Origin: Lingula anatina
Lineage: Eukaryota; Animalia; Brachiopoda
Direction: 5' to 3'
Assembly (NCBI GenBank): GCA_051362555.1
Contig: CM120648.1
Coordinates: 13,450,587 to 13,514,586 of the forward strand
DNA: 64,000 nucleotides
Positions 36,184 through 49,873 of this stretch are shown piece after piece. The position numbers and the translations under genes were made by a program. Within the stretch, counting starts at the first letter, position 1. Every line of letters starts with the position of its first letter. Under the pieces are notes generated by a model that saw only the letters and a program-made list of their open reading frames with translations, did not search any database and had not been told where the DNA came from.

Positions 36184-38534
36184 TTTCTGTTTGATTGTAA
36201 AATATGTATGAGCAAATATGTAATAAGACGCTTTGTTATGCACTTGAAAATGCATGTTTATTCATATTTTAAAATTGGATACAAATATTGATGTTAATGA
36301 AGTTAACTTTAGAAAAGAAAAATACGTTGCGACTCCATTACGTAAAATGCTTACAGGAATCTTTTATTGTGGGTTCATTGGAAGAAATGGACGAGATGTA
36401 AATCTACAATAAACTGTAACGCTATGATCCAAATTATGACACTAAAGAATTAATGGAAGTATGAAATTGTAAAATGTGCTCAAGTTATCGCAGAATTGCC
36501 CACACGTATTGAAACGGGTCTTTCTAAAACTGGATATTCGGTTATGACGCATGGAGAGAATAAACTTCCTTTGGTTCCCGGTGTTTTGATATACTAGTAG
36601 TGCGTCTGATCAGTGATAGACCCATAGTTTTATTGCTGGAAGGGGCTAGAGATGCTTTCGTTTTCAGAATATCAAACCAAGGGTTGCAGATTTTTTTTTT
36701 TCGAAATTAATATGTTTTTGTTATAAACTGTAAAAGAAGGAAAATTGACTCTTTGCCTTCATTAAAAAGCGGAAATGTAAATATTCACAAACAGAAAGTT
36801 TATTGTAGATTATGTTTCCTTTTGACATCTTTTGTCTATTAAATTGTACATGTAGGACTGGCATTTATTACATCCTTTTACATCTTGAAATTTTGAAAAA
36901 TCCTTATCAAATTCGTATCGATAACTACAGTTGTCGCAAAGCTCTATTTTGGGGGGTAACGGGTATTCCCTAGTAAGTGAACGGACTTTTGTAGACCGTC
37001 AACTTTTGTCAATCCTCTAAAAACACGAAATTAGATATTTATTGAAAAAAAAGCGAAAAGGATTTTTATTTTCTAAAATCTACATACATGTTAATACCTA
37101 TTCTTATATTTGGCACACTGTAGTTACGTGTATGGTTTGGTCAGTTTTAAAATTAAAATTGCCAATTTACTAACTTCTCGTCTAAAAATCCTTTTTTTTT
37201 TGTGATATTTTGTCTATTAAATCAAATATGAAAAATCAAAATTCTATCAGAAAGATGACACTTTGATTGGCTAGACAAAGCGTTTTACAAAAAAAATTGG
37301 AAGGTCAGTGTTTTATTTAATGTTGTTCTTGAACTAAATTCTATTTTTCGGTCGTTATTGAAAACACAAGGCCAGATAAGATGCCAGTCCTGCACGTGCT
37401 GTTAGGTTATTTTGCGGAGTGTTTCTTGATCAATGAACACCGGAGACCATTGAGTTTATTAACATTTTCTGAGTAAATGGGCTCAGTTATTTTAGGTAAA
37501 CTGTTTTCTTGCATAAAGTTTTTAATTTTGTTTACATATTATTCTTTAAATGGCTGTGACTGATAAGGTTGTTGTAAACTGACCATGTCTTCATGCTGTT
37601 CTTGATTCGCACGACGAGTAAATTTAAGTGTTCACTCAAAATTTTGCCACCAAGATTTAAAGAGAAGAAAAAAAATGGCACAAAATATAAGGTACATATT
37701 CATTTATCTATGAGAAAAAGCATTCATCAAATTTACAGAATTTAATGTTTGACTGCTGGTGTTGGTGTTGTGTGCCATCATCAGGATGGTGACATACAGG
37801 GTAGAGTAAGTTGTGGGGTCATGAATGTGTACCCGCGTGCGGGGGAAACGCTTACATGAGATCATGTGCATTTTGAATTTTCGAAATCGTTACCACCTTT
37901 GAATTTTGATAAAAAATGTCCATCAATGAAATTTTGGATCAGTCAAAAGACCACCAATGTCAACTTTGAACGATAGTTGTAAAATATACCAGGTCAATCT
38001 TCAACTTTCTTTTTCAACTCTAGGCAAAAACCTGAGAATTTCATGTTCCGATCTATTACAACTTAGAAAAACGTTTATTATAACAAATATCAGCAATTGC
38101 ACCTTAGAGATGTATGCGAAAACCGAACATTACGTTTTGGCTCTACATAAGAAGCAATTTTCGAGACAAATATCAAGCGTAAATACAACTATTTACAATT
38201 AAATAAGTAGAGGTTCTATGCATTTTGAAAATAGTCCCTCAAGATAAATCATTTTGGCTTATAAAAGTGTTCAAGAACTCTGCAGACCACATAATAGATG
38301 TAGTTTCAAAATGTGCAAAATATAACCCACTCATTACCAACTTTCTTTTCTTCTTCAGCTAGACTCGAACCTTTGCTTATCAGTTCCTTGGTCAGCTTTC
38401 TTTTTCTGCTGCTTGGTCTGTTGTCTTACCTGTTGAGCCATTGACTCAACTTGCCTTTGCCTGCTTTCGCATGATCCTCTTCTAGTAGTTTAAATTGTTT
38501 ATTTGGATTTATTTTTGCAAAAGGTAATTTGCTG

Positions 38535-38610
38535 GGACCTAGAAGCGCCAGGAATCGAACTGGCGACCTTCTGTCTCAGAGGCAAGCGCGTTACCTACTT
38601 CTCTAAATGT
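38535..38610 (-). repeat. tRNA-derived (SINE-head-like) sequence, with weaker neighbours at ~38355-38450 and ~38690-38750
   Basis: The minus strand reads ...gtaggtaacgcgcttgcctctgagacagaaggtcgccaGTTCGATTCctggcgct with a B box and T-arm. The acceptor and anticodon stems are imperfect. Confidence 0.55.
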
Positions 38611-41600
38611 TCCCACACACCCTCCCCGGGTAGACTTTCTTCTTATAGTAACCAAAGGAAATTTTTAATTGCACCCATTTGTAATTCCAAAGTGCCCGAG
38701 CCAGGAATCGAACCCCAACCCCAGGCTACCACTGAGCCATGTAGCCGTCAGTAAAAACACTAAGACATTTTGTACATTCAATAAGATTTTTAATTAAGAA
38801 CAAAAATTGTTAATAATTATCTATATATTCATTAAACATATACTTAAAAACTTCTTTGTCTTCAGTCTTTTTATTATCATAAAGTTGAAAAGGTTCAAGG
38901 ATGTAAAAGAAAATTATTGATCTCCGCATAAAGACTCATTCAAAGGTGTAACAGACGTAATATTCTTGTCTATTCGACTTTACAAAGAAACTATCTACTA
39001 CTCTACTGGTCTAATGTTTGGTCTAATTAATCAAAACATTATTTTCAACTTCTTCACAAAAAAAAAAAACAATGGTGGATCTTACCTCCACCCCCTTCCC
39101 CGAGGAGAGTGACACATTTTGGACTCACATCATCAAATCCCCAAAATACACCAGTTTACCCTAAATTTCAACATCTGACCCCTTTAAAATTCTGGATCCC
39201 CCAGTGTTTTTCTCTATACAGCAATAAAAATGTATGCAATTTTTATTAATTGCTCTTATGAAAATTGAACGTTTTTGAAAGTCCGATACGTACAGCAGGT
39301 TAGTAAAAACGTACATACATGTAGGCCTACTTCTGTTGTTTGACAAAAACGTGAAAATTATCCTACGTACAACACTCAAACCCAACATAGAGGTGCATTT
39401 CAGATGTCAAAAAATAAAATTGAATGAATTCAAAGTTGTATTTAATTTTTAAAACATATTTGTGTATAGAACAAAAATCCACAACTGTCTCAATTTTAAT
39501 TTAATTTTTAATTTTTTACCATGTCTTCACATTGGGTATAGAGCCTAAATTGTAACGTATGTTCCGGTTATCGTATGTTCTGGGTCATTTAATTTTATTT
39601 GTTATATCGCGTTCTGATATATTTTGTAGTGATTCAGTCATGGTAAATTATATATATGGCGTAAGGATGTTTTGATAAATATTTAAACTGTAACTAAAGG
39701 GTCTTTGCGATATGGCTAATATTATGTAACGTATGTTTCCCCAGAAATACTTGGTGCAATAGATGCAATAAATAATCGGTGCATTTGTGACAGTGTTCCT
39801 TTTTGGGGATTGGACGATGAATTTTTTATATTATTCGTGGTCCAGGAGAGTGACACTTTGATACAAACCACTTCATGTGGGGCCCTAAAATAATCAAACA
39901 TAGTTTGCAATCTATGCACCAAATATTTTAAGAGCATGTCTGTGACTTTATTTGCACCTTGTATTGGGTTTGGGTGCCAGACGTTTACAGCGTTTAGCCC
40001 GCTACTGACAATGTAACCGAATTAATACTAAACATTGCACTGGATAATGAAATAGAAGACATTCCATTACAAAATTTATTAAAAATATAGACAACATGTA
40101 AACTTAAGAAATCTTTGTTAAAACCCAGGGACATATCACGATATTTTTAATATTTCCTGTAGCCGTTTTCAATTGGAAAATTTTTGTAACAAATGTTTTG
40201 CAACCTTCTGTACATAAATTGTTCCAAATACTAGAAAATATCCATTATTTCTCCATCATCTGGTAGATAGAATGAAAGATGCTGGTAAGAGAGAATTGCC
40301 GAATGCAGTCATATTTGGAAAATAAAAACAACTTAATCACAAGAATTTGTAAATTCTTCACACTTTACTAGTAAAACAAATAACTGATCATGCTACGCAA
40401 TTACTGAACAAGACAACAAAATGTTCAAATTTTAAGAGACGATATGTCTTTTTTCTTATCTGAGCATTAAAAGAAAAACACACAATGAACGTCAGTTTTT
40501 ATACAGCAGCAAAAATTAATATTTGTTTTTGGATAATGTGTCCCTTGGTGATCAAGGTGAACATGCTTAAAATTATGCATAATTTGCTAAACACTTGCTG
40601 TCTTGTTGAAGAATACCGTAAACAGTACTTATTCACTGTTGTCGCGGCGACAAACATGAAACTACAATAGTACAGAACATATTTAAATGCATAGAAAAGG
40701 ATTATCAAAATAAACCATTTTGGTAACTGATGACCCTGCATTCTTAAACAGAATTACGTTTCAAATATACCACATTTTATTTGCAAAAGAAATCAAATTC
40801 GTGACGTCATATTGAATAATAAAAAAACACGTTTGGCGAAGAACACGTTTGGACAGAGCCTTTTCAAACTCGTCTCAAACAACATTTCGCGCTTTCAGCT
40901 GGCAACCTATGCTTTGAAAAGTTAATATTATAATATGCCAAACAAGAAATCAATACCACTTCGCTTTAGCACACACATTTAATGAATTAAACTTTCAAAA
41001 TTAAAATTTGTGTAATATTACCATTCGAAATGGAAGTATATTACTATACACCCTTAATACTTAAATTATGTTCTTTACTTCGGAAATCGACGTTTACTAC
41101 TCTACCTACACCATATTCTTTAATTCCACTACCAACCGCTCACTAAATATCAACATGTCAATAGCCAGACTCTCAGGAGTCATTTCACAGCATTTTCCCC
41201 TCTTTGGCCATTTCTCACGGTAAACTTCCACTGCCACTATTATCTCTACCGATGAAGTTCAAAATGTTGAACTTGAAGTGCAACTACATGGATATGTACA
41301 TTTTCAATCTTTCTGAGACGATGATATGAACTGAAGGAAGAAACGAAATGGTACTTGGGGAAAATGTTGAGGAATGACTAACAGGCTTCAAAATAATTTT
41401 TTCAAAAACAAATCACAATAAACTCATCACCAAATGCCTAATACTGATATATTGAAACGTTATACTGATTCGGTCGAAATTACGATATTTACGATATTCG
41501 TATACTTAATATCTAGGCCGCCTTCGCTCCACTTCCTGATCACTCAGCACAAAGGCAGTGACGTCTCCTTCCAGGCTGTCCATCCCATTACATTCATGGT

Positions 41601-42613
41601 AGGGGGAGGTGGCAGGCTGAAGTGACCGCCTTTCCTTTTCAACTATCACCAATATTTTACGGATGGAACTTCATTTGTAATATACAACATTAGAAATACA
41701 TAGAACGAATTTGGGTTCAGCATATTCCAAAATTAGCCAGAAAAAATTAACCTCAGATCCAAATCAACCCCAAATTCAAAAGACATTATGTAGGTCACTG
41801 GCTATCTTGATTTGACGTAATATGGACCTTTGATTTTAATATTTGAGCAGTTTTTGTTATGTTTGACCAACTGGACCGTGCGATAGCGCCATCTGGGGGA
41901 AAATGCTAAAATAATGCAAACGAAAACTCGGCACCTGGTTTTTTATTTATAATTTTAGGGACATGGGATGTACAGCGGATTACAATGATTTAATATTTTA
42001 ATTGCACAATAAGATAAAATTTGATGATTGCAATTCTCTCATACAATGTATATCTTCATATTCTCTTATGAATACATGCGTGAGCGCGTTCTCTGTTGTA
42101 AGCAATGCTCCATGATTTACACCATACGATGGGGGATTTGTTATTAATAAAGCAGTAGACATATATAAGAATGACATAAAAGCTACAGGTTATCTTCATA
42201 CTATGAATGATGTTCACGATCAGCCACCGATCAGCTATGATCAATTATTGAAGCAAAAAAAGAACCGATGGGGGGTTCGAAACATTATCAAGGCCTACAT
42301 TTGGCAAAACAGATTTTTTTCTAATTTCTCTTATGTGAAATACTTATCTTCATATAGTGTTTATTTCAAAAGTACAGTGTACGTGCAATGAAGCGTCACG
42401 CATGCGTTTTGACGGTATTCACCTTATATTTTGTAGATGCACAGCGTGGTGTGCTGCCGAGTCCTTTGGAGCCTGTGGTGTGGGACAACTTGAAGCCAGA
42501 ATCCATGAACACGATCCCAGAGCTGCGGTTCTCTGTTGCTGGGATTGTGAGCAAACGTTACTGAAACAGACATGGAAACAAAGCGCTGATAAAAATAAAA
42601 AAAAATCACCAAC

Positions 42614-42615
<2 letters not shown>

Positions 42616-42655
<40 letters not shown>
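42616..42655. repeat. (GT)n microsatellite
   Basis: Direct observation. Confidence 0.97.
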
Positions 42656-42657
<2 letters not shown>

Positions 42658-42975
42658 CATCCCTCGTGCACCATGTGTGTACTGACACAAAAGTCATCTA
42701 TAGCCCAGTCTTCCAGAACTTACTGTAATGAAGTGCAAGACAACTGGCCGCTTATTTTACCCGCGTTTTAAATGTTTGCTTCACTAGCCACACCTGCCAC
42801 TTAGTACGCCGGGATTTTATTCATTTTACTTGATATTTGGAAAATGATTTCATTTCTCAGCTAAACATGTTTTTTTATTTATTTATTTATTTTATTTTAT
42901 TTTAACTTCTCAATCTTTCAGTTAATGTGAAGACATTTGGATTGAACAAACTGTTTTAATAAGAGCAATATGCCA

Positions 42976-43390
42976 TAGGCTGCGGTGTTTTGATTTTGCT
43001 GCTGTCTCAACCATGATTGTGACGGACTCCACAAATATCACCCCATTGTGTTAGTGAAGACTGAGCGTGAGACAGGGAGGGGGGGGGCGCCGGCTTGTGA
43101 TGTACGGCAGATGGCATGAACGTGCCTCTCAGTGATGTGGTGGGGTGGGAGGGGGATAACGAGGATGGATGTAGGAGAGAGGAAGGGAGACAAACAAAAA
43201 TATCAGTTCATTACAACAGTTGATCTCCGACATAAGTTCTAGATACTTGTGTGTAATTTAATCGCCCGCCAAGAAGTACCTGCTTATAATTGAATTAATT
43301 TGGTCTTCGGTTCTATTTTCATTAAATTACATTAAAACGTCTCGACTAAACCTATGTTTCACTTTTCTCTCTCCCCTCTCTCTCTCCCCC

Positions 43391-43442
<52 letters not shown>

Positions 43443-43630
43443 TCTTAATCTTTTAGCTAACCCAGAATATGGTCTTTGCCACTGTGAAGACATTTCAAAT
43501 AAACAATCTCTTTTAATTAGCGTAATGTAACACAGGCTGCGGTGTTTTGACTCTGATGCCGTCTCAACCATGATTGTGACGGACTCCACAAATATCACCC
43601 AATTGTTTTAGTGAAGACAGAATGTGAGAC
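42976..43630 (+). repeat. Direct duplication of ~95 bp (42976-43070 and 43534-43630)
   Basis: aggctgcggtgttttga...gtctcaaccatgattgtgacggactccacaaatatcaccc..ttgt.ttagtgaagac occurs twice. Confidence 0.85.
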
Positions 43631-44539
43631 GTGGGTGGAAGATAAAATGCTCATAAAGAAAAGGCCTACTGAGTCGTTGAAAATGACAACATGCTATTGT
43701 AGTTAAAACTATTCAGTAGAGAATTTGAATTAAAGGAAATATGTTGATATCACGGCTAAAATATATATTATTTAAAACACGATTTTTATTAAGAATTTTT
43801 CAAATTTCATTTATATGAAAAAATATTACAGTGTTGCTTCCCCGCATTGTTATCATTTGACAGTAATTACTGTACTTAGGAGTTATTTTCTCATTCTAAA
43901 TCTACTACCTCAGGAGTATGATAATAAGCTATCTTAAAAAGAACGTGAAACTGTTTGTACCAAATGTACTTATTTCCAGAGTCTGAATTTCATTTATAAT
44001 TTGAAAAAATAACCTCGTAAGTAGTAACTGTGCTTGAAGCCCCTACATGTGATTGATTTTTTTTCTCTTTTTTCTTCTTCTGCTTCTTTTTGAGGCTTAG
44101 GGAGACCACGTGGAGAAGTTGTCTAGGATCGATCAAGGACACACCGAAAGAAGCCAAAATATCTGAATCTAGTTAATTTTATTTTTTCATCTTTTTTTAA
44201 TAACATATTTATACATATTTGCTCAATACATTATTGGACAGAGGAGTATTAAAAATTAAAAGAATTTAAAAAGCTTTTCTAAAAGTTGTACCATGTTGTA
44301 TTCGCATTCTATCCTGGACGGTTTATTAAAAATCTAATACGGTTTGTTAGGCCCGAGGACGGAGTGTAACTGGTAGGAGTAGAGTATATACAAGGTTATC
44401 GCAAAGCTATAACCGACTTTATAATACACAGAATTACTTTCGGGAGTCATCGGGGTATTTCGTATATACGCGATTATAACACTATCAGTACGTGACCTCT
44501 GACCTACTATAATGAGTTAACAGAGATTACACAAAATGT

Positions 44540-45450
44540 AGAAAGCCGATCAAGTTAAGAACCATGATGGATTTGACCTGTAGGAAGTAACCTTGCCAGT
44601 TGATAACGTACACAATTGTGATAGGGAGTGTTAGTGACCAAAACTGTGAACTCTGAACAACGATACTGTTGATGTAGTGACACGATGACTGCACCTAGGA
44701 ATGGCCAAAGCTTGCAAAAGGTAAGAGGCATGAAATCTAGGGCAAAGACCCATAAAATGTATGATTGCTTGTTTTGTAGTTTATCGATTGTCTTCAGATG
44801 ATTGAATGTAGTGCGTAAGGCATGAAGACCATAAGACATCACTGGTGCTGCAACAGATTGTCACAAGTTGGCCTTGGGGTTTTGTATCTAAGCCTGGAAA
44901 ATTGACACCCCGTGACATTATTTTATGAAATGCACTATTGGCAGAATTCACTCTATGTACAATCTGATCATCATCGATACACACAAAATTTAATGTCACG
45001 CGTAATATATCTATAATTGCATATGGATTTTCCATGAGATTCTGACCCAAAAACCAGGTTGAGTGATTTCTCCAACTGTCATATATTTAAATTTTTGGGG
45101 CTGAATTTCGTTCTCTAACGCAGGGAGAAGTCATAACAAGCATTAATTCAGAGCTGGAGCCCAGACACAGTAGTAGAAAAAGTTGTAATGTCATCTGCAT
45201 AAGTCATATAACTATACATATTCTTTCCTAATGAAACTCCAGCATTGATAGCGGGCAATTCCTTTAGCAGGTCGTCAAAAATATGTCAAAAAAGAATCGG
45301 GGATTAAATAATACCCTGTCTTGTCCCACGAGGGATTTTAGAACTCATACTATGTGAACCACTCCACACACCTAAATGATGCACTTAAACATTTATACAG
45401 TTTAAATAGGTATCACCAATGTGAGTCAGGGAGAACGTTAATCTGTTTAT
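44540..45450 (-). mobile_element. Decayed non-LTR retrotransposon RT fragment (RTE/RTEX-like)
   Basis: RGTRQG at ~45315-45330, TYADDIT at ~45183-45204, and downstream RVNSANSAFHKIMSRGVNFPGLD. Confidence 0.8.
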
Positions 45451-46364
45451 AAATTTTAATTCAAAATTCTCTACTGAATGGTTTTAACTAAATCAGTGGC
45501 AGATTTAGGGGGTTCAGGGGGTGTCTGATCCCCCCCCCTTTGGTTTCTGTAAAAAAATCACATCAAAAAGCGTCTTTCCAGTGACCTCTGGACTCTGCTG
45601 CTCTCATCAATTAACAAATGCTGATGTTGTCAGTCTGTTTGTTGTGTTTAATTTTTGTCATGTTAGGCATATTTTACCAATGTATTCTCAATGAGCCGTC
45701 CGCAACAACTCTAAGTCCATGGTGCGGTTCCTACAGGGTATGCCTCGCAGCGCGTCGCTATGAAGCCGGTGCCATTTGCAATTCAGGATCCTCCCCCTTC
45801 TCCTTGACCCCGTCCTTCCTTAATCCACCACTGGACCCCCCCCCTTCAAATAAGGATCCGCCCCTGTAGTCTTCCTAGTCCATTAGAGTAAAAAAAACTG
45901 AAACTTCTGCGGTTGACAGAGTTATTATCGGGGATGTGCATGGCTTCTTCAAAATTTTAATGGGTGGTTGATTCTATTTTTCCTCACATTGTATTATCTG
46001 CTACATGTTTCTCCTCCTAGACCATTAGAATTGGGAACTTGGGAAGGGTTGTGCAGGGGAACTTAGGATTTTCAGTGCTCTTTGAGCTGTCCCTGGCAGG
46101 GGGATGATTATAATTTTTTCCCCATAGTAAATTCCACTATCTTCTCCTAGACCATTAGAGTTAGGAAGTTTAACCTGGGGGGGGGGGGGAGAATAGGTTC
46201 TTCTGAAGCTAAGGTAGAAGCACGTAGTTCGTAGATATCTCCTTCACTAATTCTGTGCACATTTCTGTAGAAACCAGCGTCTAATTTTGTACAGAATCGA
46301 TGTCACCACTCGACTGCTCTCCGGTGGGAATATTCCTTCCCTCTGCCAAAGTTTTTCTCTCGCC

Positions 46365-46403
<39 letters not shown>

Positions 46404-49400
46404 CCATCTTTTACTCTAATTAATATATAAAACTTCTCCTATCATTTAATTACTAAGTGGAATATCCTAGACCAACATTAGGCACAATAAGGGCCTTCAC
46501 TCTTTGCCTTATTTTAGGCATTTGCCCTCATAAAAAGTAGAATTTCCACCAATTTCAACTAAATGGGCTGTAATTAAATAGAAGTTTTTTTAATTAAAGC
46601 TATAAGCATGCAATGACCTCGTTCCATTCGCCATTAGATCTCGCCGTAAACTGTGGTTCTATCAAAGTCCTTTAACGCTCTGCTTCAGATTAAATCGAAA
46701 AGTTCAATTCAGTTCAGTTCAGTTCAGTTCATTTATTCCTTAGCACATCAGATACAATACAATACAATACAATACAATACAATGCAATGCAATACTTAAA
46801 AAAAAAAAGATGGTAACAAGTTAAACTTAGGATATAAAACAATACAGTAATTAGTGATCATAAGCGTTTGCTATAGAATGTACGTACTTGTATATATATA
46901 TGCATTTAATTTGTCAAAAAAAAAAAAAAACACGGACATGGTGGTAATTGATCATGAACAAATAAACGTTAACACCCTTAAATATCCAAATCTCATAATT
47001 TTCTCATTCCATCGTAATCTAGAGCCCACCAAAGAACCGGAATGTATTTTTTATCATACCACAACTTCGAACGATAGGATGATTGCAGTAGCATTTGGCC
47101 AAGGAGATTAACTCCTAGATGAGTCTAACTTATTACTAGAGGCGTGAGCTGGGTTGTATTATAATATGCTTCAAAGCGAAATACACGTGTACTTATCCTA
47201 TTGTACGAAGTGCCGGTAGTTAGATACAGCGGTTACAAATGACCCTCTTCAAGTGGCACAGATCGATTTTTCGGTGTTTATTCCTTATTTTTGAACATAA
47301 TTGACGCCATCACTGAGATGACCTTTGTTTGAGAACACCGATGCTTATGTACAAGTAATTGACTCCCACTGTATTCTACAACCAAGAGTGTAATTATGTC
47401 GACTACGCCTTAATTAATGGCTCTCATGTTGCATGCAGTGGACGATTTGTGCTATTATCTATACTCTCTTCCAGAGGTGCTCTGAAGATTGCTGTACAAA
47501 TACGATGAAGTGTCAACTGGCGTATATTCAACTTGACATTACAAGTTACATGTATAACAGAAAGAAATGATGTCTCCAAATATATATACATCTTTTCCAT
47601 TAAAATAGTTGTGCATAAAAATGTTAGAATATATTTTGATTTAAACGATTTCAAACCATATTAAAAAGAACAAATAGTTTGATAAATTAAATTAATAAAA
47701 TCTGGGATAAAGGCATATTAACTCAATATACAACAAATTTCTATAATGATCAGACTGATCTGGCTGAGAAGATCTCAAAGCTTTACATTCAGACGGCGTA
47801 GCTGTGTTTTGTCATAGACGTAAATGTTGCACCCTCTAGTCACTGGAGTGGCATACATAGTGCCTGCAGTGGTTGAAACTTATCCAAAGTTGAGTCATTT
47901 TCAGTATTCTCTCTTCCGTGGTTTGTGAATGGGGTACTGGGAAACATAGTAAGAGGTCGCCCCTCATTACAGTGAGACAGTGAGTTCTTTTTTTAATTCA
48001 GTCACTGTTGAAATAAGAGAAGCGGAGTAACAGGAATATAATATACGACATTTTGTCCATCTATTTATGGTGAAACAACGCCACGAAATTGTTTCAGATC
48101 TGGCAGTCTTCCATTACTATAAGTTCAGCGTGTGATATCGCCTTGTTTCTTATCAAACGTAGGTGATTCTTCTTTTTATGGCTGAAACATTGATGTTCCA
48201 AGATAATTTCAGGTTGTTGAGTTTCTTTTTTTTTAAATATTTAATAAATAGTATATATGTATTTTGTCAGTTATGCATTAGTCATCCACCAGTGTCAGTA
48301 AATGTTCATCTCTACCAATGGTTTTTGTATGTTTGTGAACAAATATTTCAACAGTTTTTTTCCATAATTACGGAACAATTTCCAGGATATACAGTTATTC
48401 ACGGGGAAAATAAGTGAATGCAAGTTCAAGTGGATCCGTGCCGCCTGATATTAATATGTACATAGATATTTTGTCTTGGCGGATCGGAGGTCTGCCTTCT
48501 AGCAGTGCTCTCTAAGTATTCAGTGCAGAAAAAAACTGAATCAACAATGTCAAAGTCCTCCACATCGCGAACGTTCTTGACGTACTGCACTCAACGCCAA
48601 TTACATGACGTTTTACTACTTCAACATTCTTGTAGTAAACCGCAATCTGAAAAGAAAAACAGACAACGCTGCACCTTTCAAAGGTACACAATAGGCTACG
48701 CTCTATGTAGCTTTTCTATTCTACTTTTCTATTTTACTATTTAAATTCTAACGCTCCTCCCGTAATCGCAAAAATACACCATATCAAAGACAGCTCAGAC
48801 CTAAGCAACGAAGCTGGCACAAATACCGATATTAAACAAAGACATTTAATGAAACAACACTTATTGCTAGACGGTGAAAGTTTTAATTTTTCCGAGTTTT
48901 CACCAATTTTCACTTCAAAAACAGGAAAACTGCAGCTAATGTCTCAAGGTACGACACTCGCCTTCAATATCGCACCGTTGTTATTTATGGGATATGATAA
49001 TTCATTAAACACGTACATGCACTGTTATAAAATGTGTGTGTATAATAATAAATAACAAGAGGCACCACTTATAATAAAACATGGCATGACAAATGGGCCT
49101 GGTAATTGAGATGCGCATTGCTAATTAGAGACATCAACATAGCGACACGTCACATTATTGCAAGAAATTACTTCCAATTACCTAAGAGGAGATCAAATTT
49201 ATTATTTTGGTATGATTTTGAGACTTAACAACCCCAAACTTGACATAAAATAAAAACACGGATTGGTGATTTGCACATGTGAGTCGAACGTCGCCAAAAT
49301 TCGGGCAAAAAACCTAACATTAAAAAAACAAAAAATAGCCCAATCATGCTGAAATTTAAAAGGGAACCTGACTAAATAAGAAAGGTACTCCGCCAATTAG

Positions 49401-49873
49401 GAGTAATGTGAAATAACTATTTCGCAGTTAAGAGGTGAATGTTGCCAAAATACACGAAAAACATTTTGTAAAAAAAATTCGATCATGCTTACTTTTGGAT
49501 AAAAACCCAGAATATTGAAACTTTTTGTAAATAACAAATACGTGTAGGAATATACTCTAAATCTTTAAAACAAAGGTTAATGAAAGAGCATATACATTTA
49601 TTGACGCCAACAATATAAATAAATAAAGTCCTGCCTGTGGTGCTTACATTTTGTGCCTAAATAGACCTGTATGCTAACGACCTAAATTAAATGGTAACTT
49701 GTTTCCCCCCCAAAAAATTTAAATTGGTCAAAACTGTTTGCAACGCTGGGTCTGCGCCGGTGGCCTGTTCTGTATTACTACTACAATAAAAATAATTATA
49801 TTAATAATTCTAAAGACAAACAAACGCATTATATTGATCATTTACCTGGTTGTCGAGGGCTTGTCACTCCGGC

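Noticed and set aside
36846-37399. hAT MITE with taggactggcat / atgccagtcctg ends
   Set aside because: A short inverted repeat is present but there is no 8-bp TSD, so it is too weak to classify.
38535-38610. Functional tRNA gene
   Set aside because: Only the T-arm and B box are convincing; the acceptor, D and anticodon stems do not pair properly.
42357-43598. ORFs containing CVCVCV, THTHTH or poly-K
   Set aside because: These are products of (GT)n and poly-T tracts with no domain signal.
45494-45866. hAT-like MITE (cagtggcagattt...ggatccgcccctg)
   Set aside because: The termini are degenerate and there is no TSD. It is probably a repeat, but I cannot support its boundaries.
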